NCBI GenBank assembly: GCA_025594325.1
Contig: JANHCV010000001.1
Coordinates: 3,720,001-3,784,000, forward strand
Length of the DNA: 64,000 nt
Reading direction: 5' to 3'
DNA from: Blastocladiella emersonii ATCC 22665
Lineage: Eukaryota; Fungi; Blastocladiomycota
The notes beneath the pieces are model-generated. The model saw only the letters and a list, made by a program, of their open reading frames with translations, had not been told where the DNA came from and made no database searches. Positions 50,966 through 61,341 of the stretch are shown piece after piece. Every line of letters starts with the position of its first letter. Positions within the stretch are counted from its first letter, which is position 1. The translations under genes and the position numbers were made by a program.

Positions 50966-53900
50966 TCAGGCCACGCTCTGCATGCTCTTCTTGACCATGG
51001 CCGCGTTCGACCCCGCGATAGTGGACCCGTCGGACGCGTGGATGTTGGTGCTCCCCGCCCGCCCGCGGCCCTCGTCGCCCTCAAAAACGGCGCCCGAGAC
51101 GGCCACGGCATCTATACACACCGTTCGAGTCAGCTCTGCACACATCCTTCGTTCTCTCGCCTTTACGTACCCTCATGGTCGACGGCGGCCTCGTTCTGGC
51201 GGCAGATGCCAAGGAGCCACCCATACCACTGCGCAAACACCTTGTCCTGGCGCGTGCGCACCCAGTAGCTCTGCCCGTGCATCTCGAGCTCGAAGCAGTT
51301 GCGCAGCAGGTGCGACAGGTTGCGCACCCGGCAGTGCGTCAGGAACAGCAGCTCGGCCTCGACCGGCTACAGCGCGATGGCCACGGTCAGTCGAACACTC
51401 GCGATCGTGACTGCGACCTCAAACGTACCACGGGCGCCTTGGAAATCGCCAAATGCCCCGTGAGCGGGTACAGGTGCAGCCACTGCTGCTTGAACGCGGT
51501 GCGCATCGCGCGCGGCGACCGCACGTAGAAGAGCTCGCGCTGCGGCTCGCTCGGCACGTAGACCCCGCCAATGATGGCCGCCGGCGACTCCTCGTCCACC
51601 TCCATGAGCGCATCGGGCCGCCGCGACGTCGTCACGTCGCCCGTCGTCGGGAGGACCGTCAGCCCCGGCGCGTCGGGCGACGGCTCGTTGCTGCCCTGCC
51701 GCACGCGCGAGACGGCCGAGGCTACGAGCGAGCGCATCGTCGTGGCGACGGTCGCCGCTGCGGGGGACTCGGAGGAGTCGGAGGCCGTCGCGGCGGCCGT
51801 GAGCCGCGTGGTCGAGGTCGGCGATGCGATCGAGGTCGGCGACGACGGCACTGAGACGTAGTCCGCGGAGGCGGCCAGCGCGGGACGGCTCCCGCCGGCC
51901 TGGGCCGCGGCGAGGGCTGAGCTCATGTTGCCGCCGTGGCGCGTTGACGACATGGACGTGGTGCGGATCTTGCCGGTACTGCCTCCGACCATGGTCCCGC
52001 GGCTCATGGACACGGACCCGGCGCTGGACCCGATCTCGGTGAACGACTCGCCCTGGCGGGTCAGGCGGCGCGACATCATGACCTGTTTCGTCATGAGGCT
52101 CTGGGACTCGCGGCGTGAGGACTCGTGGTTCCTGGACGACCGCGAGTGGCGCGAGAAGCCCGTGCCGCGGTTGTTGAGCGCCTCCATGTTGTTGAGGTCG
52201 GGCCGGAAGATCGCAATGTACGCCTTGGAGTAGAAGAGCAGGAACGTGACGGCGAGGTTGATGGTGCACACGGCGGCGACCTTGATCGCGTACGCGAGCA
52301 CGGGGCCCGTCGTCGGCATCATGAGCAGCGGGATCGCCACGCCCGCGACCAGCGTCATCGTGTACACGGCGATCCCGATCGTCTTGCTCTCGCGGTACGC
52401 GCTCTGCGCGCCGCGCGTGCGGATCGCGAGGTACACGGACAGCAGCAGGAGCGCCGCGTTGTACGCGACCAGCAGGATCATGAACACGCCGCCGCTCCCG
52501 CCTGACCGCGCCGCACTGCCGCACGTCCAGTACCGGTAAGTTGGCGTGTCGATGATGACGGGGACCGCCGCGTCCATGACCGTCCACAGCACGAGCAGGA
52601 CCACCTCGCCGAGGAGCGCCGCCAGCGAGTACTTGACCATGTCGCGGTCCGCGAGCCCGATCAGCCGGCCCTTGCGCGACCCGCCGAAGATGAACATGAT
52701 CCGCAGGTTCTTGGTCATCAGGTTGCCGAGCACCATGGCGACCGACAGCCCAATCACCCACGACTGCGCCGAGCACGTTGCGCTCGTCGGGATCCCCGTC
52801 GACAGCGGCAGGATCAGGTAGCCGAGCAGCAGACCCGAGCTGATTAGCATGCCGAAAAAGTAGGACGAGGACCGGACGACGGGCGTTGCGCGGTAGTGCG
52901 TCAGCACGGCCATGATCAGGACCTAAAGCAGCTGCGCGTAAGAACATGGGCCTGGTACGACGCTCGCATCGACCGTACCGTCGTGAGCACGCAGATGGCA
53001 AAGATGACCTGGACCGCAATCCCGAGCGGCGAGTCGAACGTGACGACGAGCTTGGGCGCGTTGACGACCACGGACGTGGCCCACTGCAGCGCCGCCGACG
53101 AGCGGATGACCTGCGTCGTGTTAGCCATGTTGAACGAGGTCGCGGACGCGGACAGCGCCGAGTTGGCCGCAAAGTACTCGGCCACCTTGCGCGCGACCGG
53201 GTCGAGCGCCGCGAGCTCGAGGTACTGGCCCTTGGCGTCCTGGATCGAGACGCTGGCGCGCACCGACATTGCGTCCGTGTCGGCGACCAGGCGGCGGAGT
53301 ACCGGCGTCCCGAGGCCCAGCGAGGCGACGGCGGCCATGACCTGGTCGCCGATCGCGCGCATCAGGTCAGCGCTCACACCACCGCTGCTGCCCGTCGATG
53401 CCACCGCCGCCACCGCGGCCGTGTCGCCCTCCATGTGGATGTGGCCGGGCGCGAGGATCGGGATATCGAACTCGGTCGGGTCTTCGCCGAGCGACGCGGT
53501 AGCGGTGCGCGGGGCGGGGATCTCGCCACGCGCAGCCGCGACCAGGGCTCCCGTCGCGCCAAAGCTCGACGCGACCGTCGACTCAGTCCCGACGATCCGG
53601 AAATGCATCTCGATAGCGTCATTGAACCCCTCGCGGAGCGCGCAGTCGACGCCCTCGAATCCGGCGGCGCACGTACACTGGTCGTTGGCGACGCACGTGC
53701 CCTGGCCCTCGATGCAACCCTTGCTGCACACGGGGAGCTGGCACACGCTGAGGTTGGTTGGGCCGGCGGCGAGCGCAGCCGCGGTGTCGCCCGTCGCGAC
53801 GGCGCCAGCTCCAGTCGCGGCAACAGTGGACCCCGCGACGTACGGCTGCTCGATGCGTGGCGCCGTGCACCGCGACACGACGACGGTCGTCGTCACGTTG

Positions 53901-56670
53901 AAGACGGAGCTCGGGTACAGGTCGGTCAGCGACATGATGCCGAGCGTGTAGGTCCCGGGCGCGCCGACGAAGCGCAGGCCCTGGAACGGGACCGAGGCCC
54001 CGAGGATGGCCTTGGACGCCTCGCCGGTCACGACGGCGGGGACCACCGCAGAGTCACTCGCTGCGCCGCCCGCAACTCCCAAAACCTGCGCCTGCAGGAG
54101 GAACGTCTCGTCGGCGGTCGTCCGCGCGACCTGGTCGTACTGGTCGAGCGCCGCGACCTGGACGCTCGGCAGGGCGTCGCCCGAGTACAGACTGACGGAC
54201 TGGGGCATCTCGGCCGCCGAACCCTCGTCCTGCGTGACGAGCGCGCGGAGCCGGCGCGGCTGCGACGCGTAGTTGTCGCCCTGGCCCAGCGCCGCGCGGT
54301 TGTCGGCGAACGTGTTGGTGGCCATGTCGATGCGCTGCGTCGCCGAATACACGTACACGGCGCCGCCGCGCTGCGCGACGTTGCCCGTGAACCGGTTTCC
54401 GGCGATGGTCGCGGACAGGCTCGTCGCCGGCGACAGGTAGATGGCACCGCCGTCAGTCCCTGCCGTGTTGTTGCTGAACGTCGACTTGGCCACGTTGATC
54501 GCGCTCCCCGAGTTGGCGAGCGGCGAGTACAGGATCGACCCGCCGCGCGTCGCGCCCGAGTTGCCCGTGAACTCGGTGTCGGTGATGCTCGCGTTACCCT
54601 TGAGCCAGAGCACGGACGCCGTCGCGGGCGCCTTGCTGCCCTCGACGACCGAGCCGGCCATGGTCAGCGCGGTGCCGTCCATGGCGTGGACCGCGACGCC
54701 CTCGTTGCCGGTGAGCCGCGACCGCGTGATGGTGTTAGTCGCGGCCGTGTTGGCAAACGCGATCAGGTTGGCCACCTTGTTCTTGACAAACTGCGAGCCG
54801 TCGATGACGAAGGCCGCGTTGGCCACGGTGCCCATGGTGTAGACGAGGCGGTCGGTCGAGGCCATGGTCGGCATCGCGTTGTTGGCGAACACCGAGTCGG
54901 TGATCCGCAGCGACTGGCCGTACGTCTGGACGAGGCCGCCGGCGGCCGGCACGTTTCCTGAAAACGAGGAAAGAGTGAGATGGATCGGCGCGAGAGAGGT
55001 GCGAGGCTCGTACCGTCAAAGGTGACGCGCGTGAGGTTCAGGAACGAATTGCGGTCGGCGACGACCATGTAGCTGCCTGCGCGGTTGTTGAAGAAGGTGA
55101 CGTTGCTGAGCTCGCTCTGCAGGCCCTGGCCGATGTAGAAGGCACTCGAGGTACCGAACGCGTTGTCTACATCGTGACGCGCACTGTCAGTGGGAGCGCT
55201 CGCGATGCTGGTTGGGCGGGAGGGTGGTGTACCGCGGACGATAGTGTTGCTCAGCCGCAGCGACGACGATACGTAGGAACCGACGATCCATCCGAGCGCA
55301 TTGTCTACGCCGAGTTGTTCGTCAGCATCGACGCTCGATCGCGCTGCAAACAGGGCAACGTACTCGAGAAGACCGAATAGTCGAACGAGAGCTTGGCCGT
55401 CTCGCTGAGCTGGAACAGGCGTGGTGTGCCGCGGTGGTTCCGGATCGCGCACCGGGTGAAGTTGGCCGTGGACGATCCCGCGACACGGAACGACATGATC
55501 GAGGTGCCGTTGTTGTTGGAGAAGACCGAGTCGGTGAAGGTGCCCTGCGCGTTAAGCAGGGTCATGATCCCCGTCTGGCCGCCGTAGTTACCTGTGACCG
55601 CGAGTTAGCCTGAGCGTGCTGAAGCGAGCGCAGGGACGTACCGTTCACGTTGCAGCGGACCATGTTCACCGACGCGCCCGACACGAGGAAGAGGTTGGCG
55701 AGCCCCGAGACGACGGGCGACGTGTTGCCGACAAAGTTGGTGTCCATGAACGTCGCGGTCGCCTGGTCCTGCACGACAAACGGCATATTGCGGTTGCCTG
55801 CGCGAGCATTAAGGTCAGATACATCCGGTGCTCGTCAAAGACGGTGCGCAACGTACTCGAGACGATACAGTTGGTCATGAGCGTGGTCGAGGTGCCCGCG
55901 AGCGTAAAGTGGAACGAGCGCCACGGCCGGAGACTCGATATGAGCGAGTCGGACACGCGCAGCGTCGCCGACTCAGTGATACCGAGCTCCAGACTCATGG
56001 CGAGCGGCTGGTCCGACACGATGGCGGTTTGGGCGAGCCGGACGGTCGAGGTCCCTCGGGCGGACACCGTAAACGTGGCGCCGGTCACACCGCCGTCGCG
56101 CACAACGGCCTCACTGAGCGTCAGCCCAGACCCGCCGTTCAGGTCAAACACGGCCCACGAGGACGCGGACGTCGGCGCGGCAAAGCCCTGCAGCGTCATG
56201 CCCTGGAACTGCAGCGTGACGGGACCGAGCAGCTGCACGAGCGGCGCCGACACGACATCGGCGAGCGCCGTGGACGAGGGCGAGATGGTGACGGCCGAGA
56301 ACGCGGTCGCGGTGCTTGGCGGTGCGCCTGCGGGAGCCGCCGTGTAGCCGCTGCGAGGGACATGCGTGATAGTGAACGGCTGCGTCGCAGCGGTCGCGTT
56401 CAGCCGCGCCGGGCGCGTGACGTCCAGGAGGTGGACGCCGTCGAGCAGCTGCAGCGTCGCATTCTGGCCGAGCGGGACGAGCGAGGCCCACGCATCGGAG
56501 AGGGTGGCGAAGTTGGCGGTTCGGTCGTTGCCGACAGTATACGTCGTCGCAGCGAGTGCCTGGGCGACCAGCGTGAGCGTGAGGACAAACAGAAGCGCCG
56601 CGAAGGACGCCGTTCCCGGGCTGCTTGGTCGGCGGCCGAGGTTGCGGCTACCCGCCATGTTCAGATGCAT
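50966..56670 (-). CDS. Class C (GABA-B-like) GPCR with beta-helix (Pmp/pectin-lyase-like) and EGF-like ectodomain and a C-terminal PH-like domain
   Basis: Signal/TM N-terminus; FxxN...GGAIY repeats; EGF-like CSKGCIEGQGTCVANDQCTCAAGFEGVDC; 7TM with YRATPVVRSSS, TKNLRIMFIF, AYRESKTIGIAVY; two further exons at about 51370-51170 and 51115-50966. Confidence 0.8.
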
Positions 56671-56897
56671 GATTCGTCGGCCCTGCCAAGGGGAGGGACT
56701 TTTGCACCGAGTCGCGATCCGTGGCAGCCAGCCGCGGCAAGCAAAAGTGGCGCGACGCGACCACGCGTCGCAGATGCAAGCCGCACGTGAGCCGTGCAGG
56801 AGGCGATCCGACGCGTTTCACGACGCGCGCGGGACGGAGACATCTCTTCTCGCGCTCATCTTGCACGCAAACACGTCAATCAAACGAGATCAACAAC

Positions 56898-57823
56898 ATG
56901 CTGCACACGGCGAGCACGCGCCTCGGAATCGAGCCGTTCACGGCCAAGGGCATCTCCCTCAGCAACGAGGACCGCGCCACCTTGAGCATGTCGCTGCTCT
57001 CGCTGCAGGGGTCGCAGAGCTTCGACTGGGTCCGGTTCTGGGGCAAGCTCGTCACCCTCGAGAACAGCCGCGACTACTACGTCGCCACGGCCGGCCACGA
57101 TGCGGATCCGTTCGCGCAGACCATTTTCATCTGGTACCCGCTGCCATCGCCTTGGGAGACGACTGCAAGTGCTAATGTGTGGCCGCGGATGTAGCCAGGA
57201 CGCCATGAGCTGGCTTCAGGCGCCCACCGTCACGGACGAGGAGGTCGGCATCGCCGTCGAGCTCCGGTCCAACTTCATGGGCGACCCGGCGTTCGAGCAC
57301 CCCGTTCCTCCCGCGCGCGACGGCACCGTACGGTTCTCTCGCACTCCAACGCTGAGCGAGCACTCACAGCTTCACCTCCGTGTAGCCGCGCCCGACCCTG
57401 TCCGAGGCCAAGCGCGTGGCGGCGATCGTGCAGGCCGTGCAGCGCGAGGTGACGGTCGTCCCGCGCGGCGCCTACTACCAGGACGCGCTGGGCAAGCTCC
57501 GCCCGAATCAGACGTTTGTCGGCGTGCGGGCGCACGAGCTGACGCACCTGACGTCGTACGTGCACTTCCGGCCGCCAAGCGCGCCGCCGACCGACAAGCA
57601 GCTGGCGCGCGCCGACTACGAGGAGTCGCTCGACGTGCTCGACACGATCGAGGGCGACGCGCCTAAGGGGTGCTGGACCGTCGAGGCGCGGCCCATGATG
57701 GTGCTCCTCAGCAGCCTCGTGTGGCCCGGCTACCACCACTACGCGAGCGCCGTCGGCGGCGGGTTCGGGTCTATCTACGTCGGGTCTGGCCGCAAGAACC
57801 ACGATCTCGGGTTCATGATCTGA
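56898..57823 (+). CDS. RSPH9: Flagellar radial spoke head protein 9 (2 introns)
   Basis: VRFWGKL...DYYVA, FMGDPAFEH, VVPRGAY, DTIEGDAPKGCW, LLSSLVWPGY, FGSIYVGSGRKNHDLGFMI. Confidence 0.92.
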
Positions 57824-57870
57824 TGTGAATGCGGATGTGTTTGCACAACAAGACTCTCTTCGTTTTCTAT

Positions 57871-60800
57871 TCACTCGTTATACCGAACAGTGTTGGCCGT
57901 GAACCCATGCTTCGTCCAATGCTCATCACCCGCAATGAAATCGGTGCGCACGTACTTGGCGCGGTCCACCAGCACCCCGCGCGCATCGTCGTCGCGCCGC
58001 ACCACGATCCCCTCGGGCACCTCGGCGCCGTACGCGCTCGGCATCCCGCGCACCCACGCCTCGGCCGCCTCGAGACTCTCGAGCCCCGCGGGCCACTCGG
58101 TCCCGCTCCACACGGCGCGGACGCGCGCGAGCGGCGGTTCCGGAACTGTCCCCGCTGCCGCGGAGTCTGCCCGCATCGCCGCATCCGCTGCGTCGAGGGC
58201 AGCGTGGAACGCGCCGCGGGACAGGAACGCGCCGCGCGCCACGTCGTACAGGTCGAAGGCGACAAACTGGTCGGGGAGCCCGTGGTAGTGCACCGAGTGC
58301 CGCGCGACCGCCCACTCGCCAAACAGGACGCGCCGGCCGTGGTCGGCGCCGGGGAGCAGGAGGTGCGCCAGCGTGCGCGTGTGCGCGGCGAGCCAGCCGC
58401 GGAGCGGCGCGAACTGCGGGTGCTGCGGCGGGCCGCGCTCGAGGACTGACGAAGCCGAAGACTCGGTGTGCGACGCAACGAAATGCGACCGGTTCTGCGC
58501 GAGGATCTGGAGCCCGTCCAGCGACGCCGCGCGTTCCGCCAAATCGAGCGGCGCGAGCGGAATCGCGTGCAGGCCGAGGTTGGCGCCGTCGATCTTCTCC
58601 TCGACCGTCCACGTCGACGGCGCACCGCCGCCACCCGCTGCGCGCTGCTGGAGTGCCGCGAGGTCGGGCACCACGACGTCGTCGTCAGCGATACTCGCGG
58701 CGCCCGGGAACAGGTGCGCGGTGCGCGGGAACTTGACCATGAGCGAGTCGGGCCGCGTCAGCGAGTCGAGCAGCGCCTGCGTCTGCTGGAACGTGTGGAC
58801 CGTGTACCACGCGCCGTACCGCGCGGCCTCGGGGTCGGCGGGCACCGCCGCAGCGGACGACGACGATGCGGCAGACGACTGCTGCGGGGCCGGCCGGCGA
58901 GCGCCACGCGAGCGGTGACGCGCCTGGCCCGCGTCCGGGAACCGCGGCGGCTTCATCTGCGCGGCAAACTGCGCGACGACGGCGCCCGCGCGGTGCGGCT
59001 CGAGCGTCGGGTGGTCGTGGCGGTTCGCCGCGCGGGCCGCGCAGATCCGCGCGGGCGCGGCAAAGTGGACGCCCATGACCTCGCGCGCGGGCGGGTCGAA
59101 GCAGTTGGCGAACGTGGCGACGCGGTGCGCGGCTGTCGGGTGGCACGCGTCGACGATGAGGCGGAGGTCGGGCGACCGCGCGTAGTTGCTGACGGCGGCC
59201 GCGAGGTCTGCGCCGTCGTCGCTGTCGACTACGACGAACAGCGCGTCCGGCAGCTGCGCCTGCAGGGCGCGGGCGAAATGCGACTTGCCGCTCCCCGGCA
59301 GACCCATGAGGAGCACGATCCGCGGGAGGTTGCCGAGCGAAAACACCTCGGGTCCGCACCGCGCCGGCTCGCGCGGGTACTCGGCGTCCCACCGCGCGAG
59401 CGCGTGCTGCGGCGACCCAGCGTGCCGCTTCCAGCACACGTCGGCGTACGCGCGCACGAAGGCTTCCTGCTCGCTCGTCTCGATACTACCCGGGCGCACC
59501 GCGCGGAGCTGCGCGACCGCCTCGCTCGCGGGCATCTGCGGCGCGGCGCGCAGCGCGCACGCCGGGTCGGGGCACCGGTCTTCGGGCGCGAGCCCCTCGT
59601 CGCCGTCGATCGCGTCGAAGTTGAACTGCGCCGCGATCCGCTGCCGCTCGAGGTCCCACGACACGGTCGCGGTGCAGTGCGTGCACAGCGCGGGCGGGGC
59701 GCGCGAGCCGAAGCGCACGAGGTACGCGGCGATGAAGCTGCCGGTGCGGCCCTTGCCGCCGGCACAGTGGATCAGCGAGCCGAACCCGCCGCGCGCCCCG
59801 TCAAACGTGTGGTACGCGTGCACGACCAGGCGGAGCCAGCAGTCGACCTGCGCCGCGGTCGGCGCGCGGCCGTCGAGGACGGGCAGGTGGACATGCTCGA
59901 TGCGCGGGTTCGCGGCGGCGAACCACTCGGGCGGCCGCGGGTGCTCGGCGGTCGTGGTGGTCACGAAGCCAACACCGAGCTGCGCGAGCGCCTGCACGTC
60001 CTCGGCGCACGTCGGCTGCGCGATCCCGGACACGACGTGCGGGACCTGTCAGCTGAAGAAACGCGGCAGCGCGTGCGGCGTGCGCCCGGTGCGCACCGCG
60101 ATCCGTGCGCCGGGCTCAGTTGGCGCAAGCCAGTCGGTCTCGCGCGTCACGTCGTAGAGCACGCGTGAGTGTACGGCGTGCAGATCAGCCGGTGGCCACG
60201 CGTGGGTGCCGAGAGCGGCGGAACCGGCCTCGATGGCTCGCTGCACTTCGGGCTGAGCGTCGGACTCGAAGATCTGGCCGACGCAGATGGACGTGTCGTG
60301 GGCAACGCGAAGGTCGCGCAGTTTCGGCGTGCAGTACCCGCGGACGCGCGACTCGGCCGGGTCCGTGCGAGCGGCGACGAAGATGGCGGTCCAGAAGCGG
60401 AACACGGCGGCGCGGTAGTGGCCGAGCTTGAAGCAGCAGTCGGCGGCGCGGACGTGGGTGTTGGGCGAGAGCGGGTCGAGCGCGGTGTCGCAGGTCTCGA
60501 GGCAGCCCGCCCAGTCTGCTGCGAGGAACTCGATCGTCGAGCGGGCGTTGGCGAGCGCGGCCGAGGTGGATGGCGGGAGAAGTCGCGACATGGGAAGCAG
60601 CTCGGTCGCTTGGTCGCGGCGTGACGCGGCCGACTTGACCTTGCCCAGCCGGGCGACCTCGGCGGCAAGAAGAGAAGTGTACGCCTCGATCCAGCCCGGG
60701 TCGGAGCGGAGCACTGCGGCCGTTGCCGACACAGATCGGGTGGCGAAGCGGGGTTGCGCGAAAGGAAGGCCAGCCGCACGGCACGCGCGGGCGAGCGCGG

Positions 60801-61017
60801 GGAACCAGACCATCCAGGCGCCCGAGGCCGAGTCCACGTCGTAAGGAAGGTTGGCGTCCCGCGGACCGAGCTCTGCGAGGAAACGATCACGGGCCCGAGC
60901 GTCGAGCTTGGCCCACGCAGCGGGGTAGACGAGCTGAAGCGAGCACGAGTCGAGGCCGAGCAAAGGGACCCACGGCAGGTCGCCAATAGTCACGGTGGGG
61001 GTATCAGTTGATGACAT
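57871..61017 (-). CDS. TPR + dual-specificity Cys phosphatase + P-loop kinase + ATP-dependent RNA ligase fusion, interrupted by in-frame TGA 60051-60049
   Basis: TPR-like HVRAADCCFKLGHYRAAV; HCAGGKGRTG; GLPGSGKS; ligase motifs EEKIDGANLG, LFGEW, FVAFDLYD, EGIVVR, AKYVRTDF. ORFs 60049-61056 and 57871-60033 share one frame. Confidence 0.85.
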
Positions 61018-61341
61018 GGTATGCGCAAGAGTCGAGTTCAGCGAGTTACATTGCAAGAAGAGCGGAAGCGGCCGTGTAGGCCTTTTAGGGGCGGAGAGCG
61101 TCGAGCGAGCGCGTTGGCGAGCGACTCAACCGAGCAGCTCTGACTCGAAGGGCGATCACTCGTTTGATCAGACGGCTATCATGCACATCCCTTGTTCTAT
61201 ACGGAAGAGCGTGATGGACACTGCACGGCCTCAGCCACAGCGGAGGCGCACCACCTCCGCCGCCGCCGGCGCCCCCACCTCTTCGTGGAGGCCACCGCAA
61301 ACTCTCCGCTGTTAGACGTCAAGGAAACAAATGTAAGCGAC

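Noticed and set aside
58440-58490. Possible cryptic intron in the ligase domain (ASHTESSASSVLERGPPQ insert)
   Set aside because: The frame is open and there is no clear donor or branch site, so I treated it as a coding insertion.
60049-60051. Selenocysteine reading of the in-frame TGA
   Set aside because: The position aligns with Trp, not Cys. The catalytic Cys is encoded normally and I recognised no SECIS.
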